Of a stretch of 64,000 nucleotides of DNA, positions 7,335 through 16,797 are shown piece by piece. Position numbers and translations under genes: made by a program. Position 1 is the first letter of the stretch. Every line of letters begins with the position of its first letter. The stretch comes from a virus. Below the pieces are notes generated by a model. That model searched no databases and was not told where the DNA came from. It was given only the letters and a program-made list of their open reading frames with translations. Where the stretch lies: positions 31,351 to 95,350 of the IMG/VR virus record IMGVR_UViG_3300020045_001036; one strand, 5' to 3'.

Positions 7335-7860
7335 AGAAGTAATGCTAAAACCTAATTCTAGGATTAAGGTTTTACTTGATACACACAACATACCCTATTC
7401 AGATGGTTTAGCATATTTAATATGCTTACATTATGGTATAAGACCTTCATATTTACCAGAAGGACTCGAAAGGAAGGTACTGGCTACTGGAATAATTTCT
7501 ATAGATTATAGCAATAGTGTGATAAAATGGAATGAATCTCTTTTTGAAGAGACAGAAATAGGATTTGAATGGGTAACTGAATGGATGGATTTATTCAAAA
7601 GAGTTGGTGGCCCAGATAGAAGAGGTACAAAAGCAGATGTGATTAGAAGAATGAAAAAATTCTTTATTAATCATCCAGCTGTTAGAAAAGATGATGTATT
7701 TGCTGCAACTAACAAGTATTTGTTAACTGTTAGCAACCCTATTTACTGTAAAAAGTCACACAAGTTTATCTATGAAATGGATGGTAGTTCAATGTTATTG
7801 GATTATGTAGAACAAACAAAAGAAGCTAGCTCAAGCGACTATAATGATGATGTAATATGA
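7327..7860 (+). CDS. Hypothetical protein, replication module
   Basis: Overlapping start/stop between two helicase genes. Confidence 0.7.
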   Translation: MSKEVMLKPNSRIKVLLDTHNIPYSDGLAYLICLHYGIRPSYLPEGLERKVLATGIISIDYSNSVIKWNESLFEETEIGFEWVTEWMDLFKRVGGPDRRGTKADVIRRMKKFFINHPAVRKDDVFAATNKYLLTVSNPIYCKKSHKFIYEMDGSSMLLDYVEQTKEASSSDYNDDVI

Positions 7861-9011
7861 ATTTTCAAGACATCATAGGAGAAATCCAACAGAATAGTGC
7901 TAACCATGCTACCGGTTATTACAATTGTATTCCATTCGTAGGAATGGACAGATTAGAAAGGTATATACCCGGTATTGAAAACAGTACTTATTATGCAATA
8001 ATAGCAGGTACTGGAGTTGGTAAAAGTAAGTTAGCTAGATATTTGTTCATGCATAACCCAATGATGTATATGGAAGAACATCCAGATTCAGGAGTTGAAG
8101 TAACAATTAAATACTTCTCATTAGAAGAATCTAAGAAAAAGATTATTCTAGCTGAAATAAGTAAATATTTGTTTACTAAGTATGAGATGGTAATTAGTGT
8201 AAAACAATTACAATCTATTGGTAGGTACAATACACTTACTGCGGAACAACTAGAAAAGATTAGAGAGGCTGAACAACATATAAATTCTTTTTTAAGTAAA
8301 GTAGATATTATAGATACAATAAAGAATCCTACAGGTATATTTAAATATATCAGAGATTTTGCATTGACTATTGGTAAATACTACACTAAAGAAGGTAGAG
8401 CATTAACTCCACAAGAACATGAAAATGTTAGGAATGGTAAAGAAGATGCATATAAGTTGGTAGCGTATTATAAGAAGGATAATCCTAAGCACTTTGTTAT
8501 TGTGCTTATAGATCATATTTCTTTAATACAACCAGAATTATCAGATGGTAAAATGTTAACTCAGCATCAAGCTATGAGTAAACTATCTTCTGATTATTGT
8601 CTAACTTTCAGAGACAAATTTGGATTTACCCCTGTAGTAGTTCAACAACTAGCTATGGATAAAGAAAATGTAGAAACAAATTTTCAAGGTAAAACCATAG
8701 AACAAAAACTAGAACCTAGCTTAAATGCCCTAGGAGACAATAAGACCATAGGAAGAGATTACAATGTAGTGTTAGGTCTGTTTAATCCAGAAAGGTATGG
8801 TATCAACAGTCATAATGGATATGATTTAAGCTTACTGAAAAGTAGGTATAGATCTCTTAGTATCTTAAAGGATAGAGAAGGTGTAGCTGATAAAAAAGTT
8901 CCCTTATTCTTTAATGGTGCAGTAGATTTCTTTAAAGAGTTACCAAAATCTGATGATGCCCCAAGACTAGCTATAGTCCACGCACATGTAGCAGAATTAA
9001 ACAGAATATAA
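7857..9011 (+). CDS. DnaB-like (SF4) replicative helicase
   Basis: AGTGVGKS, FSLEES, LIDHISL, VVQQL, LKDREG motifs. Confidence 0.88.
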   Translation: MNFQDIIGEIQQNSANHATGYYNCIPFVGMDRLERYIPGIENSTYYAIIAGTGVGKSKLARYLFMHNPMMYMEEHPDSGVEVTIKYFSLEESKKKIILAEISKYLFTKYEMVISVKQLQSIGRYNTLTAEQLEKIREAEQHINSFLSKVDIIDTIKNPTGIFKYIRDFALTIGKYYTKEGRALTPQEHENVRNGKEDAYKLVAYYKKDNPKHFVIVLIDHISLIQPELSDGKMLTQHQAMSKLSSDYCLTFRDKFGFTPVVVQQLAMDKENVETNFQGKTIEQKLEPSLNALGDNKTIGRDYNVVLGLFNPERYGINSHNGYDLSLLKSRYRSLSILKDREGVADKKVPLFFNGAVDFFKELPKSDDAPRLAIVHAHVAELNRI

Positions 9012-9022
9012 ATAAAAAGATT

Positions 9023-9736
9023 ATGGCAAATGCAATTGCAATTGTTGGGGAAAGTGGCTCTGGGAAGAGTTCTAGTATAATGCCCGACGAAACTTTAGGA
9101 CTGATAGGTTTAAACCCTACAGAAACATTTATTATCAATGTGAAAGATAAACCTCTTCCAATGAGAGGATATAAGAAGATGTACACTCCAATTCCAGTTG
9201 GTGCACCACCTACAACAGGTAATTATTTTGCATCTACAGATTCACAAGCTATCATTAAAGTGATAGGGTATCTGGGAGCAAATAGACCTGATATTAAGAA
9301 TGTTGTATTAGATGATGGACAGTATATTATGTCAGAAGAATTCATGGCTAATGCATTAAAAGCAGGTTATGATAAGTTTAATAAGATGGCTAAGAACATG
9401 TATGATGTAATCAATGCAGGTTTATCATTGCCAGTTAATAAAAACTTTATCTTATTGACTCACTCAGAAGAAAATGATGGTAAAACAGAGATTAAGACTT
9501 TAGGTAAGATGTTATCTGATAAAGTGAATCTATCTGGTCTATTTACTTTAGTGTTATACACTAATGTTAAGACAAATATGCAAGGTTCCACTTATAGTTT
9601 TATTACCAATCAACATATTGATGATAGAGGAATTTACATTATGGCTAAATCTCCTAGAGGAATGTTTGAAGAAAAACTAATCCCTAATGATATGGGAGTA
9701 GTATTAAAACAAATTGAAGATTACAATAACGGTTAA
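9023..9736 (+). CDS. AAA-family ATPase (Sak4-like recombinase)
   Basis: GESGSGKS, VVLDDGQY, LTH, AKSP motifs. Confidence 0.8.
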   Translation: MANAIAIVGESGSGKSSSIMPDETLGLIGLNPTETFIINVKDKPLPMRGYKKMYTPIPVGAPPTTGNYFASTDSQAIIKVIGYLGANRPDIKNVVLDDGQYIMSEEFMANALKAGYDKFNKMAKNMYDVINAGLSLPVNKNFILLTHSEENDGKTEIKTLGKMLSDKVNLSGLFTLVLYTNVKTNMQGSTYSFITNQHIDDRGIYIMAKSPRGMFEEKLIPNDMGVVLKQIEDYNNG

Positions 9737-9746
9737 AATAAATAAA

Positions 9747-10097
9747 ATGGCAAGAGAAATCACAATTAGTGACCTTAAATCTAAGGTAGATGAAGGATGG
9801 AAAAAAATAGCTTTGGCAGATCATTATGGTCTACCTATGGCCCAAATGACTAGATTGTTACAAGAAGCAGGACTTAAAATTAGAAAGTTTCATGCACCAT
9901 TATACACATTAGTGGATGATACTACAACAGTAGTTGAGAATACAAGTGTTACTGCTCAAGAATCACAAGATATGTCTGTAGGACAAGAAGTAGACATTAT
10001 TCCTGTAATAACACCTGAACATCAAACAATACCTATCCAAGAAGAAGAACAAGTATTGGAGACAGTAGATTCAGCAGTAGCTAATCAAACATGGTAG
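9747..10097 (+). CDS. Hypothetical protein with HTH-like N-terminus and acidic tail
   Basis: ATG at 9747; GWKKIALADHYGLPMAQMTRLL looks HTH-like. Confidence 0.6.
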   Translation: MAREITISDLKSKVDEGWKKIALADHYGLPMAQMTRLLQEAGLKIRKFHAPLYTLVDDTTTVVENTSVTAQESQDMSVGQEVDIIPVITPEHQTIPIQEEEQVLETVDSAVANQTW

Positions 10098-10321
10098 TCA
10101 GTAGTAAAAAAAAAGAAGAAACTTTTAAACCTTTTACAATAGAGCTCTTAATAGAGACAGAAGAGGAAAGAGCAGCTCTTGAAAATATCGTAGGTAGAAC
10201 TTCAGTAATAGCATTATTAAAGTGTAGTGCCACTGAGGCAGTTCCTTATCACGGTATAAGAACTAGAGTTAGTACTACATTTTTAGATGGTATATATAAA
10301 GCTCTAAAAGACAATAAATAA
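10091..10321 (+). CDS. Hypothetical protein
   Basis: ORF track, in operon. Confidence 0.6.
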   Translation: MVVSSKKKEETFKPFTIELLIETEEERAALENIVGRTSVIALLKCSATEAVPYHGIRTRVSTTFLDGIYKALKDNK

Positions 10322-10351
10322 AAGAACAAAACAACAATTAAATATATAAAT

Positions 10352-11080
10352 ATGTACGGATTTCAAGAAAGCGCAGAAGTAGGACCAGGAAAAGAAGGTG
10401 GAAAATTTGGTTTAAACCAAGGAGTAGTTACCAAATTTGAATATAATCCTCTATCTGGAGCGGGTAAAACAGCAGGTGATGCTATTGATATTACTGTTCA
10501 AATAGGAGAAAAAGAATTTATGAAAAGATTCTTTCCAGTAGGTAAAGTATATGCTAAAAAAGGTGGAGGAGAATTAACTGATGTTACTAGTGATGCTTAT
10601 AAAGCAGCACATAAAGAAGCAATGGATTTATTTAATGCTACATTGACTGATATTGTATTAACCTTTGTTGAGAAAGCTGACTTAATGGCAGCATTAGCTC
10701 ATCCAATAGCTGACTTTAAAGCTTACGCTTCATTGCTACAAAGACTAGTACAATCTAGTCCAGCATTTATTGCTAAAGCACCGGTGGATATCTTCTTAGA
10801 ATATCAATCTAAACCATCTGGAGAAAATACAAGGACATTTTTACAACTACCTAAAGATGTAAAACATGGTCAATGGATTTGTAGACATCAAGGACCTGGA
10901 TTTGTAGAGGATAAAGCTACAACTCACATAAGATATAATTTAGGTGAAGTTGTACACCCTTTCAAAAGAGGTGAATGGTATATGGGTTCTACATTTGCTA
11001 AAGTAATTAACTTAGGTAATGATGGAGAAGCAGCACCAGCAGGTGCACCAGCAGCAACTACCGGAGGAACAGGTTGGTAA
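10352..11080 (+). CDS. Probable single-stranded DNA-binding protein
   Basis: Lies between the Sak4-like ATPase and primase; flexible Ala/Gly/Pro tail ending in Trp. Confidence 0.5.
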   Translation: MYGFQESAEVGPGKEGGKFGLNQGVVTKFEYNPLSGAGKTAGDAIDITVQIGEKEFMKRFFPVGKVYAKKGGGELTDVTSDAYKAAHKEAMDLFNATLTDIVLTFVEKADLMAALAHPIADFKAYASLLQRLVQSSPAFIAKAPVDIFLEYQSKPSGENTRTFLQLPKDVKHGQWICRHQGPGFVEDKATTHIRYNLGEVVHPFKRGEWYMGSTFAKVINLGNDGEAAPAGAPAATTGGTGW

Positions 11081-11093
11081 AATAATATAGAGT

Positions 11094-12161
11094 ATGTATG
11101 GTTATAAAGAGTTATCACCTCTAACAAATGAGGATATCTTAAATGAAGTATCTGAAGAAGATATTTTCAAAATAATCATTAAGGAACCTATATTAAAAGA
11201 TAAAGGGGCCCTTTATAGAGCCCCTTATAGAGAAGATAGTAACCCAGAATGTTACTTTGAAAATTATAATGGTGTACTTACATTTGTAGATTTTGCAGAT
11301 TATCAAAGTAGTAAAAACTGCTTTATGTTTCTGCAAAGAGTGTTAAAACTAACACATAATGAAGTACTACAATACATATATAGTCATTTTAATCTTGGTA
11401 CAGGTGATAGCAAGTTTAGATTAAAAGATAAACAAGAAAATGACTATGTAGAAGAAGAGAAATTAGTAAAATCCTTTAAGGAAAGAACCATCACCATCTT
11501 ACCAAGAGAGTTTGGGCACAAAGATAAGCAATTCTGGTCACAATATGGTATAAGTAAAGAAAATTTAATTCAAGATGGAGTTATAGCTATACAAATGTAT
11601 AGATCAACTTCTAAATATGGTAAGTATTTTACCATATCTTGTATGGACGAATCTTATGCTTATACTAAATTTGTTACTCTTAAGGGTAAAATAAAACCAG
11701 GGAAGGTTAAGATCTATAGACCACATGCAGGTAAGGATGCCAAATGGTTTACTAACTGTAATCAAAATGATATAGGGTCTTTAGAGAAATTACCTACTGA
11801 AGGAGATTTACTTCTTATTACTAAAGCTTATAAAGATTGTAGAATTGCTGCAAACTTTGGTATAATATCTTGTTGGTTTCAAGCAGAAGGTATATTTCCG
11901 AGTAAAGAAATTCTCTTAGAATTATGTATTAGATTTAAAAAAATCATAGTATGGTTTGATAATGATAGTACAGGTATAGCTCATAGTGCTAGGTTAGTAT
12001 CTATTATTAATAATATTGTCCCTGATAAGGCAAGTTTAATGATGGTGCCACCAAAACTATTAAAAGAATCTGTGAAAGACCTATCAGATTTTTATGCAAA
12101 GAAAGGCAGAGAAAAAACAATTAAATTCCTCTTAGATAGAGGTATAACAATAAATATATAA
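11094..12161 (+). CDS. DNA primase (TOPRIM)
   Basis: APYREDSNP...FVDF degenerate Zn-binding domain; ITKAYKD, WFDND.TG, KDLSDF motifs. Confidence 0.85.
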   Translation: MYGYKELSPLTNEDILNEVSEEDIFKIIIKEPILKDKGALYRAPYREDSNPECYFENYNGVLTFVDFADYQSSKNCFMFLQRVLKLTHNEVLQYIYSHFNLGTGDSKFRLKDKQENDYVEEEKLVKSFKERTITILPREFGHKDKQFWSQYGISKENLIQDGVIAIQMYRSTSKYGKYFTISCMDESYAYTKFVTLKGKIKPGKVKIYRPHAGKDAKWFTNCNQNDIGSLEKLPTEGDLLLITKAYKDCRIAANFGIISCWFQAEGIFPSKEILLELCIRFKKIIVWFDNDSTGIAHSARLVSIINNIVPDKASLMMVPPKLLKESVKDLSDFYAKKGREKTIKFLLDRGITINI

Positions 12162-12164
12162 ATT

Positions 12165-12479
12165 ATGTCAAATACAAGACCAGCTACTGCTGTAGCAAAA
12201 CCAACTTACTTAGAGTTAATTTCACAAGATGAAAAAGAAGTAAAAATTGAAGGATTGAAAATTGAAGCTCAAAGAGCATCTATTGGGGTACAAACAGTTG
12301 TTTTGGAACTAAATGGTAAAATCTCATTAGCTAAAATTGCACTTTCTGCAGCTCAAAAAAGAGTTCCTTATAGTGTACAAGCAGAATTTGATGCAGTTCA
12401 AGCTTTAGAGAGCTTAGAATCTAAATTAGAGTTTGCTAAAACTATCAAAGATGAAAGATTCTCAGATGTAACAATCTAA
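12165..12479 (+). CDS. Coiled-coil hypothetical protein
   Basis: Heptad-rich helical sequence immediately upstream of the Ubl gene. Confidence 0.65.
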   Translation: MSNTRPATAVAKPTYLELISQDEKEVKIEGLKIEAQRASIGVQTVVLELNGKISLAKIALSAAQKRVPYSVQAEFDAVQALESLESKLEFAKTIKDERFSDVTI

Positions 12480-12525
12480 GAATAAAAAGTTAAGTTAAGT
12501 ATTAAATAAATTAAATAAGAATAAG

Positions 12526-12945
12526 ATGAGAGTTATTAAAGTATATTCAACAGTAGGTGCATCAGGAGAAGTTGTAACAAATGTAGAAACATTAAGAGAA
12601 TTGAAGCCAATTCTAACAAGTAAAGGTATTGATATTACTGGTATGAAACTAGTGGTAGGGGAAACAAGAAATGAGTTATCTATTGATGAAGCAGTTCTTC
12701 CAACGGGGGATTTCAAATTATATTTGATGCCTCAAAAGACTAAATCTGGTAGCCTTGAGGATCAAGTAGAAGAAGTTGAAAGTATTGTGTATAGAATTGA
12801 AGGTAAGTTAGATACTGTTTTATCTATATTACAAAAAGGAGTAGGAGCTTCTAGCAGCCCATCTTTAAAAGTTCTAAGAAGTGCAGAAGATGAAGCAGCT
12901 ATGAGAGATATGGCAGCATTATCTGGTGAAAACAGAGAATGGTAA
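12526..12945 (+). CDS. Ubiquitin-like (beta-grasp) protein precursor with C-terminal extension
   Basis: Residues 1-75 follow a beta-beta-alpha-beta-beta-beta pattern (RVIKVY..., TLRELKPIL, MKLVVG, FKLYLMP) ending KTKSG75; context of E2/JAB/E1 genes. Confidence 0.65.
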   Translation: MRVIKVYSTVGASGEVVTNVETLRELKPILTSKGIDITGMKLVVGETRNELSIDEAVLPTGDFKLYLMPQKTKSGSLEDQVEEVESIVYRIEGKLDTVLSILQKGVGASSSPSLKVLRSAEDEAAMRDMAALSGENREW

Positions 12946-12953
12946 TAATAACT

Positions 12954-12995
12954 AAGAGAGAGGCTATCCATTAGGGTGGTCTCTTTCTTTTTTTT
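12954..12995 (+). terminator. Intrinsic terminator between the Ubl and E2-like genes
   Basis: AAGAGAGAGGCTATCC-ATTA-GGGTGGTCTCTTTCTT followed by a T run. Confidence 0.8.
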
Positions 12996-13004
12996 AACTA
13001 CAAC

Positions 13005-14207
13005 ATGAATATAGAAATATTAGAAAGAAAGTTAAGAACTGGGTCTAGATCTAGAGATTTTCAATGGTATAGAAAATTGTTTGTAAAAGATCGATTGTAT
13101 ATAGGAGCTGATCCTATGACTGCGGCAGTTTTTGAACATTTTAGACTAGCAGTAAAAACTGTAGAAGAAATATACCCGGGAGCTTGGGATATAGAATTTG
13201 GTGTGGATAGTTATCAATACCTAGATAATAAAGTTATAATAAATCTTAGAGGTATAAATATAAAATTTCCAGAAGTTACAATAAGAAATTCTGTAAGAAA
13301 AAGTCATTTAATTAAAGATCTATTTATATTGACTAGATTTAGAATCTATGATAATAAATTAAGAATAGAAGGTGTGTATGGTACCAGAACTACTTTAACC
13401 TATGCAGAATATAATAGTAGATACCTACATAGTCACCTAAATAAAAATAGAATAGATCCTTCGTATGAACATTTTTATTTCCAAAAATTCTGTACAGGAT
13501 CTGGTTCTATTAATATTGCTATGGCGGATTTGAATGCCCAAGGATTTAATGCTGAAAGATTTATAAGTTATCTTTTAAATTTAGATACATTAGCTTCATG
13601 GGAATCTTTAGAGGGAGTACCTTATGTAAAGATAGCTAGTATTAATTCTTTAGAAGAAGGTACACAAATGTATAACTCAGCTAGAAGTGATGTTGCAAAA
13701 ATGTTTATTACTGCTTTAAAAAGATTTGCAACTAGTGTTTATAAACCGGAAATTGATTTTATGTTAGAACACTCTGGAGTATCTCTTGCAGATAATGATA
13801 GGTATAAAGAATTTTTACACAGAGTGCCTTTAACAGACACAGATAAGAAATACTTATTATGCTTTAAGAGTGAAGAGGGTGTATATTACTCTTATGGACA
13901 AACTCCAAGAGCTGCACCATTACTTTTATATCCTAATAAATATCTATTTCAAGGAGAAGAAATAGAAATTAAAATAACAAATCCTCCAGAAAATGCAACT
14001 ACTGAAATACAGTATGAGTTTCATCCAAAAATTAAATTAGAAATTAAAAAACAATTAGAATATGCAGCCAATAAAGCAATCCTTAGAAAGACTACAGTTG
14101 ACAGATACAAAAATTCAACTAGTGATATCAGAGAGAATCCTCAACCAGATCCAGTACCTGTGCCAACAGATAGCGAAAGTGGAGTGGAGTGGGATATTGT
14201 ATTATAG
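13005..14207 (+). CDS. Putative prokaryotic E2/UBC-like conjugating enzyme
   Basis: YLHSHL...QKFCTG (HxH/HPN-like motif followed by Cys), then helix and WESLEGVPY; sits between Ubl and JAB genes. Confidence 0.55.
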   Translation: MNIEILERKLRTGSRSRDFQWYRKLFVKDRLYIGADPMTAAVFEHFRLAVKTVEEIYPGAWDIEFGVDSYQYLDNKVIINLRGINIKFPEVTIRNSVRKSHLIKDLFILTRFRIYDNKLRIEGVYGTRTTLTYAEYNSRYLHSHLNKNRIDPSYEHFYFQKFCTGSGSINIAMADLNAQGFNAERFISYLLNLDTLASWESLEGVPYVKIASINSLEEGTQMYNSARSDVAKMFITALKRFATSVYKPEIDFMLEHSGVSLADNDRYKEFLHRVPLTDTDKKYLLCFKSEEGVYYSYGQTPRAAPLLLYPNKYLFQGEEIEIKITNPPENATTEIQYEFHPKIKLEIKKQLEYAANKAILRKTTVDRYKNSTSDIRENPQPDPVPVPTDSESGVEWDIVL

Positions 14208-15276
14208 TATAAATGGGTCAATTAAAGATCCTGGTGCTATGATATTAACAGTAGAAGATATTCTACCAATGAATAAAGGTACACAAGCTTACACAGAATA
14301 TAATTTAGATGAAAGAGTTATCGATTATATGATGGATAATGAAACTATGGAAAAAGGTTGGAAAATGGGGCACATACATAGCCATAATACCATGGGAGTA
14401 TTCTTTAGTGGTACAGATTGGTCTGAACTAGAAGATAATGCACCACATCATAATTTCTATTTATCTCTTATTGTAAACAACTTTATGGACTTTTGTGCTA
14501 AAGTATGTTTCATATCTGAAGTAAAAGGTACTAAAGATTTTGAGTTCATGGCTAAAGATGAGGAAGGTAATGAATATGTGTATATGGCCAAACCTTATGA
14601 AGTTAAACAAAAGAAACTAATAGTATTTGACTGTGATATTAAATCACCAGTATCAGCTATAGCAATAGAAGAAAGTTTCAGAACTAAAGTAACAGGTATT
14701 ATTACAGATGCAGAAAAGAAAGCTGCAGCACTTGTAGCAGCTAGAGCTGCTAATCCATCTACTACATCTTATGCTGGATGGGATGGAGGACAAAGAGGTG
14801 TTATTCAAGACCCTAAGAAACATATGGGTAAAGTTATTCCAATGACTCCTGCACATGGCTCAGAGATTAAAAGATGGACACAAGCAGATTTTAGTTCTTC
14901 TGTAAAAACATCTGTGGGAGATGCACAAGATTTAGAAGATACAATAGAAGATTTTGCTCAACATATACTATTATTAGGTAAAGATTTGGAAACTTTTGTA
15001 GACTTAGAAGATGTATGTGAACATTATGCTAAATATAAAGTGTCCCATGATTTTGTAGCGGGAGAAGTTGTAAAACAATATTTTGAGTTGTATAGTAGTT
15101 TCTTTAAAGATTCTAAAGAAGAAGATGAGATGACTGCATTTATAGTTAACACTGAACTAGTAATAGATGAGTATAGACATGAAGTTAAAATGGCAGATTC
15201 TGACGATGTATCCGGATTACTTACTAAAGTAGCTGATAGTTTAGATATTATGCTATCTGCATTTAAAACAATTTAG
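14062..15276 (+). CDS. JAB/MPN+ metallo-isopeptidase with long C-terminal extension
   Basis: EWSG catalytic Glu and HIHSHNTMGVFFSGTD = HxH-x7-S-xx-D JAMM motif. Confidence 0.88.
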   Translation: MQPIKQSLERLQLTDTKIQLVISERILNQIQYLCQQIAKVEWSGILYYSINGSIKDPGAMILTVEDILPMNKGTQAYTEYNLDERVIDYMMDNETMEKGWKMGHIHSHNTMGVFFSGTDWSELEDNAPHHNFYLSLIVNNFMDFCAKVCFISEVKGTKDFEFMAKDEEGNEYVYMAKPYEVKQKKLIVFDCDIKSPVSAIAIEESFRTKVTGIITDAEKKAAALVAARAANPSTTSYAGWDGGQRGVIQDPKKHMGKVIPMTPAHGSEIKRWTQADFSSSVKTSVGDAQDLEDTIEDFAQHILLLGKDLETFVDLEDVCEHYAKYKVSHDFVAGEVVKQYFELYSSFFKDSKEEDEMTAFIVNTELVIDEYRHEVKMADSDDVSGLLTKVADSLDIMLSAFKTI

Positions 15277-15277
15277 T

Positions 15278-15391
15278 ATGAAATGTGAACATTGTAAAAA
15301 AGAAAAAGAGACAGTAGAAACAAGACCTACCAGAAATGGAGATTGTAACTATTGTGAAGAATGTTATGAGGTACAAATATTAATGAGTTAA
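15278..15391 (+). CDS. 37-aa zinc-finger microprotein
   Basis: Manual translation MKCEHCKKEKETVETRPTRNGDCNYCEECYEVQILMS; fills the gap between JAB and E1 genes. Confidence 0.6.
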   Translation: MKCEHCKKEKETVETRPTRNGDCNYCEECYEVQILMS

Positions 15392-15394
15392 AAT

Positions 15395-16120
15395 ATGAAT
15401 TTAGAACAAGCAGGTAGATTTAAAGATGCACCATGGTTCCCTCTAGATGAGGTAAATGTAATTGTAGGTGGTGTAGGTGGTATAGGTTCATGGTTAACAT
15501 TAATGTTATCTAGAGCCGGATTTATACCAATGGTGTATGATTTTGACACATTTGAGATACATAATATGTCAGGTCAGTTAGTACCGGAAAGATTAATAGG
15601 TACAATTAAAGTAGATGCAGTAGCAGAAGTAGTAAAAGAATTTACTGGAACTACGATACATACCTTCAATGAGAAGTATACAGCTGAGTCAATGTCTCAT
15701 CACTATGTATTCTCTGGGTTTGATAATATGCAAGCTAGAAAGGATATGTTTAAAGCTTGGTGTGATTATGTAGTAGATTGGCAAGCTGAAGGGCATAAAG
15801 CTAAAATGTTAGACACTACATATCTTCAAGACATACCAATCTTTATAGATGGTAGACTCTTAATGGAGCAAATGCAGATATTCTGTGTTACTCCAGATAG
15901 AATTGAAGACTATAAGAAACATTTGTTTGATGATGCTGAGGTAGCAGAAGCTCCTTGTACATTGAAACAAACATCACATTCAGCAGCTATGATAGCTTCT
16001 CATATGGTAGGCTTCTTTACTAACCACATGACTAATGTATATGCTAAGGATGTGATTAGAAATGTTCCATTTCAATGGGAATACTTTATTCCTCTTGATT
16101 TAATAACAGTAGAAGAATGA
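15395..16120 (+). CDS. ThiF/E1-like adenylating enzyme
   Basis: VGGVGGIGS, YDFDTFEIHNMSGQ, K..AV, FDNMQAR, FIDGR motifs and candidate catalytic Cys in EAPCTLK. Confidence 0.9.
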   Translation: MNLEQAGRFKDAPWFPLDEVNVIVGGVGGIGSWLTLMLSRAGFIPMVYDFDTFEIHNMSGQLVPERLIGTIKVDAVAEVVKEFTGTTIHTFNEKYTAESMSHHYVFSGFDNMQARKDMFKAWCDYVVDWQAEGHKAKMLDTTYLQDIPIFIDGRLLMEQMQIFCVTPDRIEDYKKHLFDDAEVAEAPCTLKQTSHSAAMIASHMVGFFTNHMTNVYAKDVIRNVPFQWEYFIPLDLITVEE

Positions 16121-16797
16121 CAGCATCACAAATAATTTACATTCCAGATCTTTCCAGTTATGTATATACCAACTCTACTTACTTAACTCATTTTAGAGGT
16201 TCTAAAACAGGAACCTCTGATTGTAACTTTTATGTGCCACTACATGCTATAATGGCACATGAATTACTTACATTTGATGTTGGTATTAGAGTGATGGAAT
16301 ATAAAACTTGTAGTATACCTATAGACTATCAAAGGTCATGTTTTAGTAGATATGATGCATTTTTAAGTATACTACTAAATGGTACTTATGCAGGAAGTTT
16401 TAAGTACTCTGTAGCAGGAGAGATCTGCTATGTTATAGTACAAAGAGGTATTATTTTAAATACTGAAGGAGAGATTCTTATGTGCTTAGCACTAGATAGG
16501 GATTATGTGATGAATACAGATACAAATACAATTAGGAATAACCCTGATGCAAAGAAAGGTGCTGTATTTATTAGTAATGACTATGTAAACAATCCTAAAT
16601 ATAAGAATTTAAAAAAGAAAATAGACGCAATATATGTAGCTGAATGTTTAGCTTTAGGTATGGATGTTATCCAAACTGAGAAGATAGATAAATGGCTATA
16701 TAAGAACAACTTTAGTGCAATGAAATTTAAAACAGTTGCTGCACAGCAAAAGTTTTTAAAAGAAGATGTGCCTAAAGAAATGATAAAAGAATTATAA
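16117..16797 (+). CDS. Hypothetical protein coupled to the E1 gene
   Basis: ATGA overlap with the E1 stop codon. Confidence 0.7.
   Translation: MTASQIIYIPDLSSYVYTNSTYLTHFRGSKTGTSDCNFYVPLHAIMAHELLTFDVGIRVMEYKTCSIPIDYQRSCFSRYDAFLSILLNGTYAGSFKYSVAGEICYVIVQRGIILNTEGEILMCLALDRDYVMNTDTNTIRNNPDAKKGAVFISNDYVNNPKYKNLKKKIDAIYVAECLALGMDVIQTEKIDKWLYKNNFSAMKFKTVAAQQKFLKEDVPKEMIKEL

Noticed and set aside
15395-16120. ThiF as part of thiamine/molybdopterin or microcin biosynthesis
   Set aside because: No ThiS/ThiG/MoaE, precursor peptide or exporter; neighbours are JAB, E2-like and Ubl
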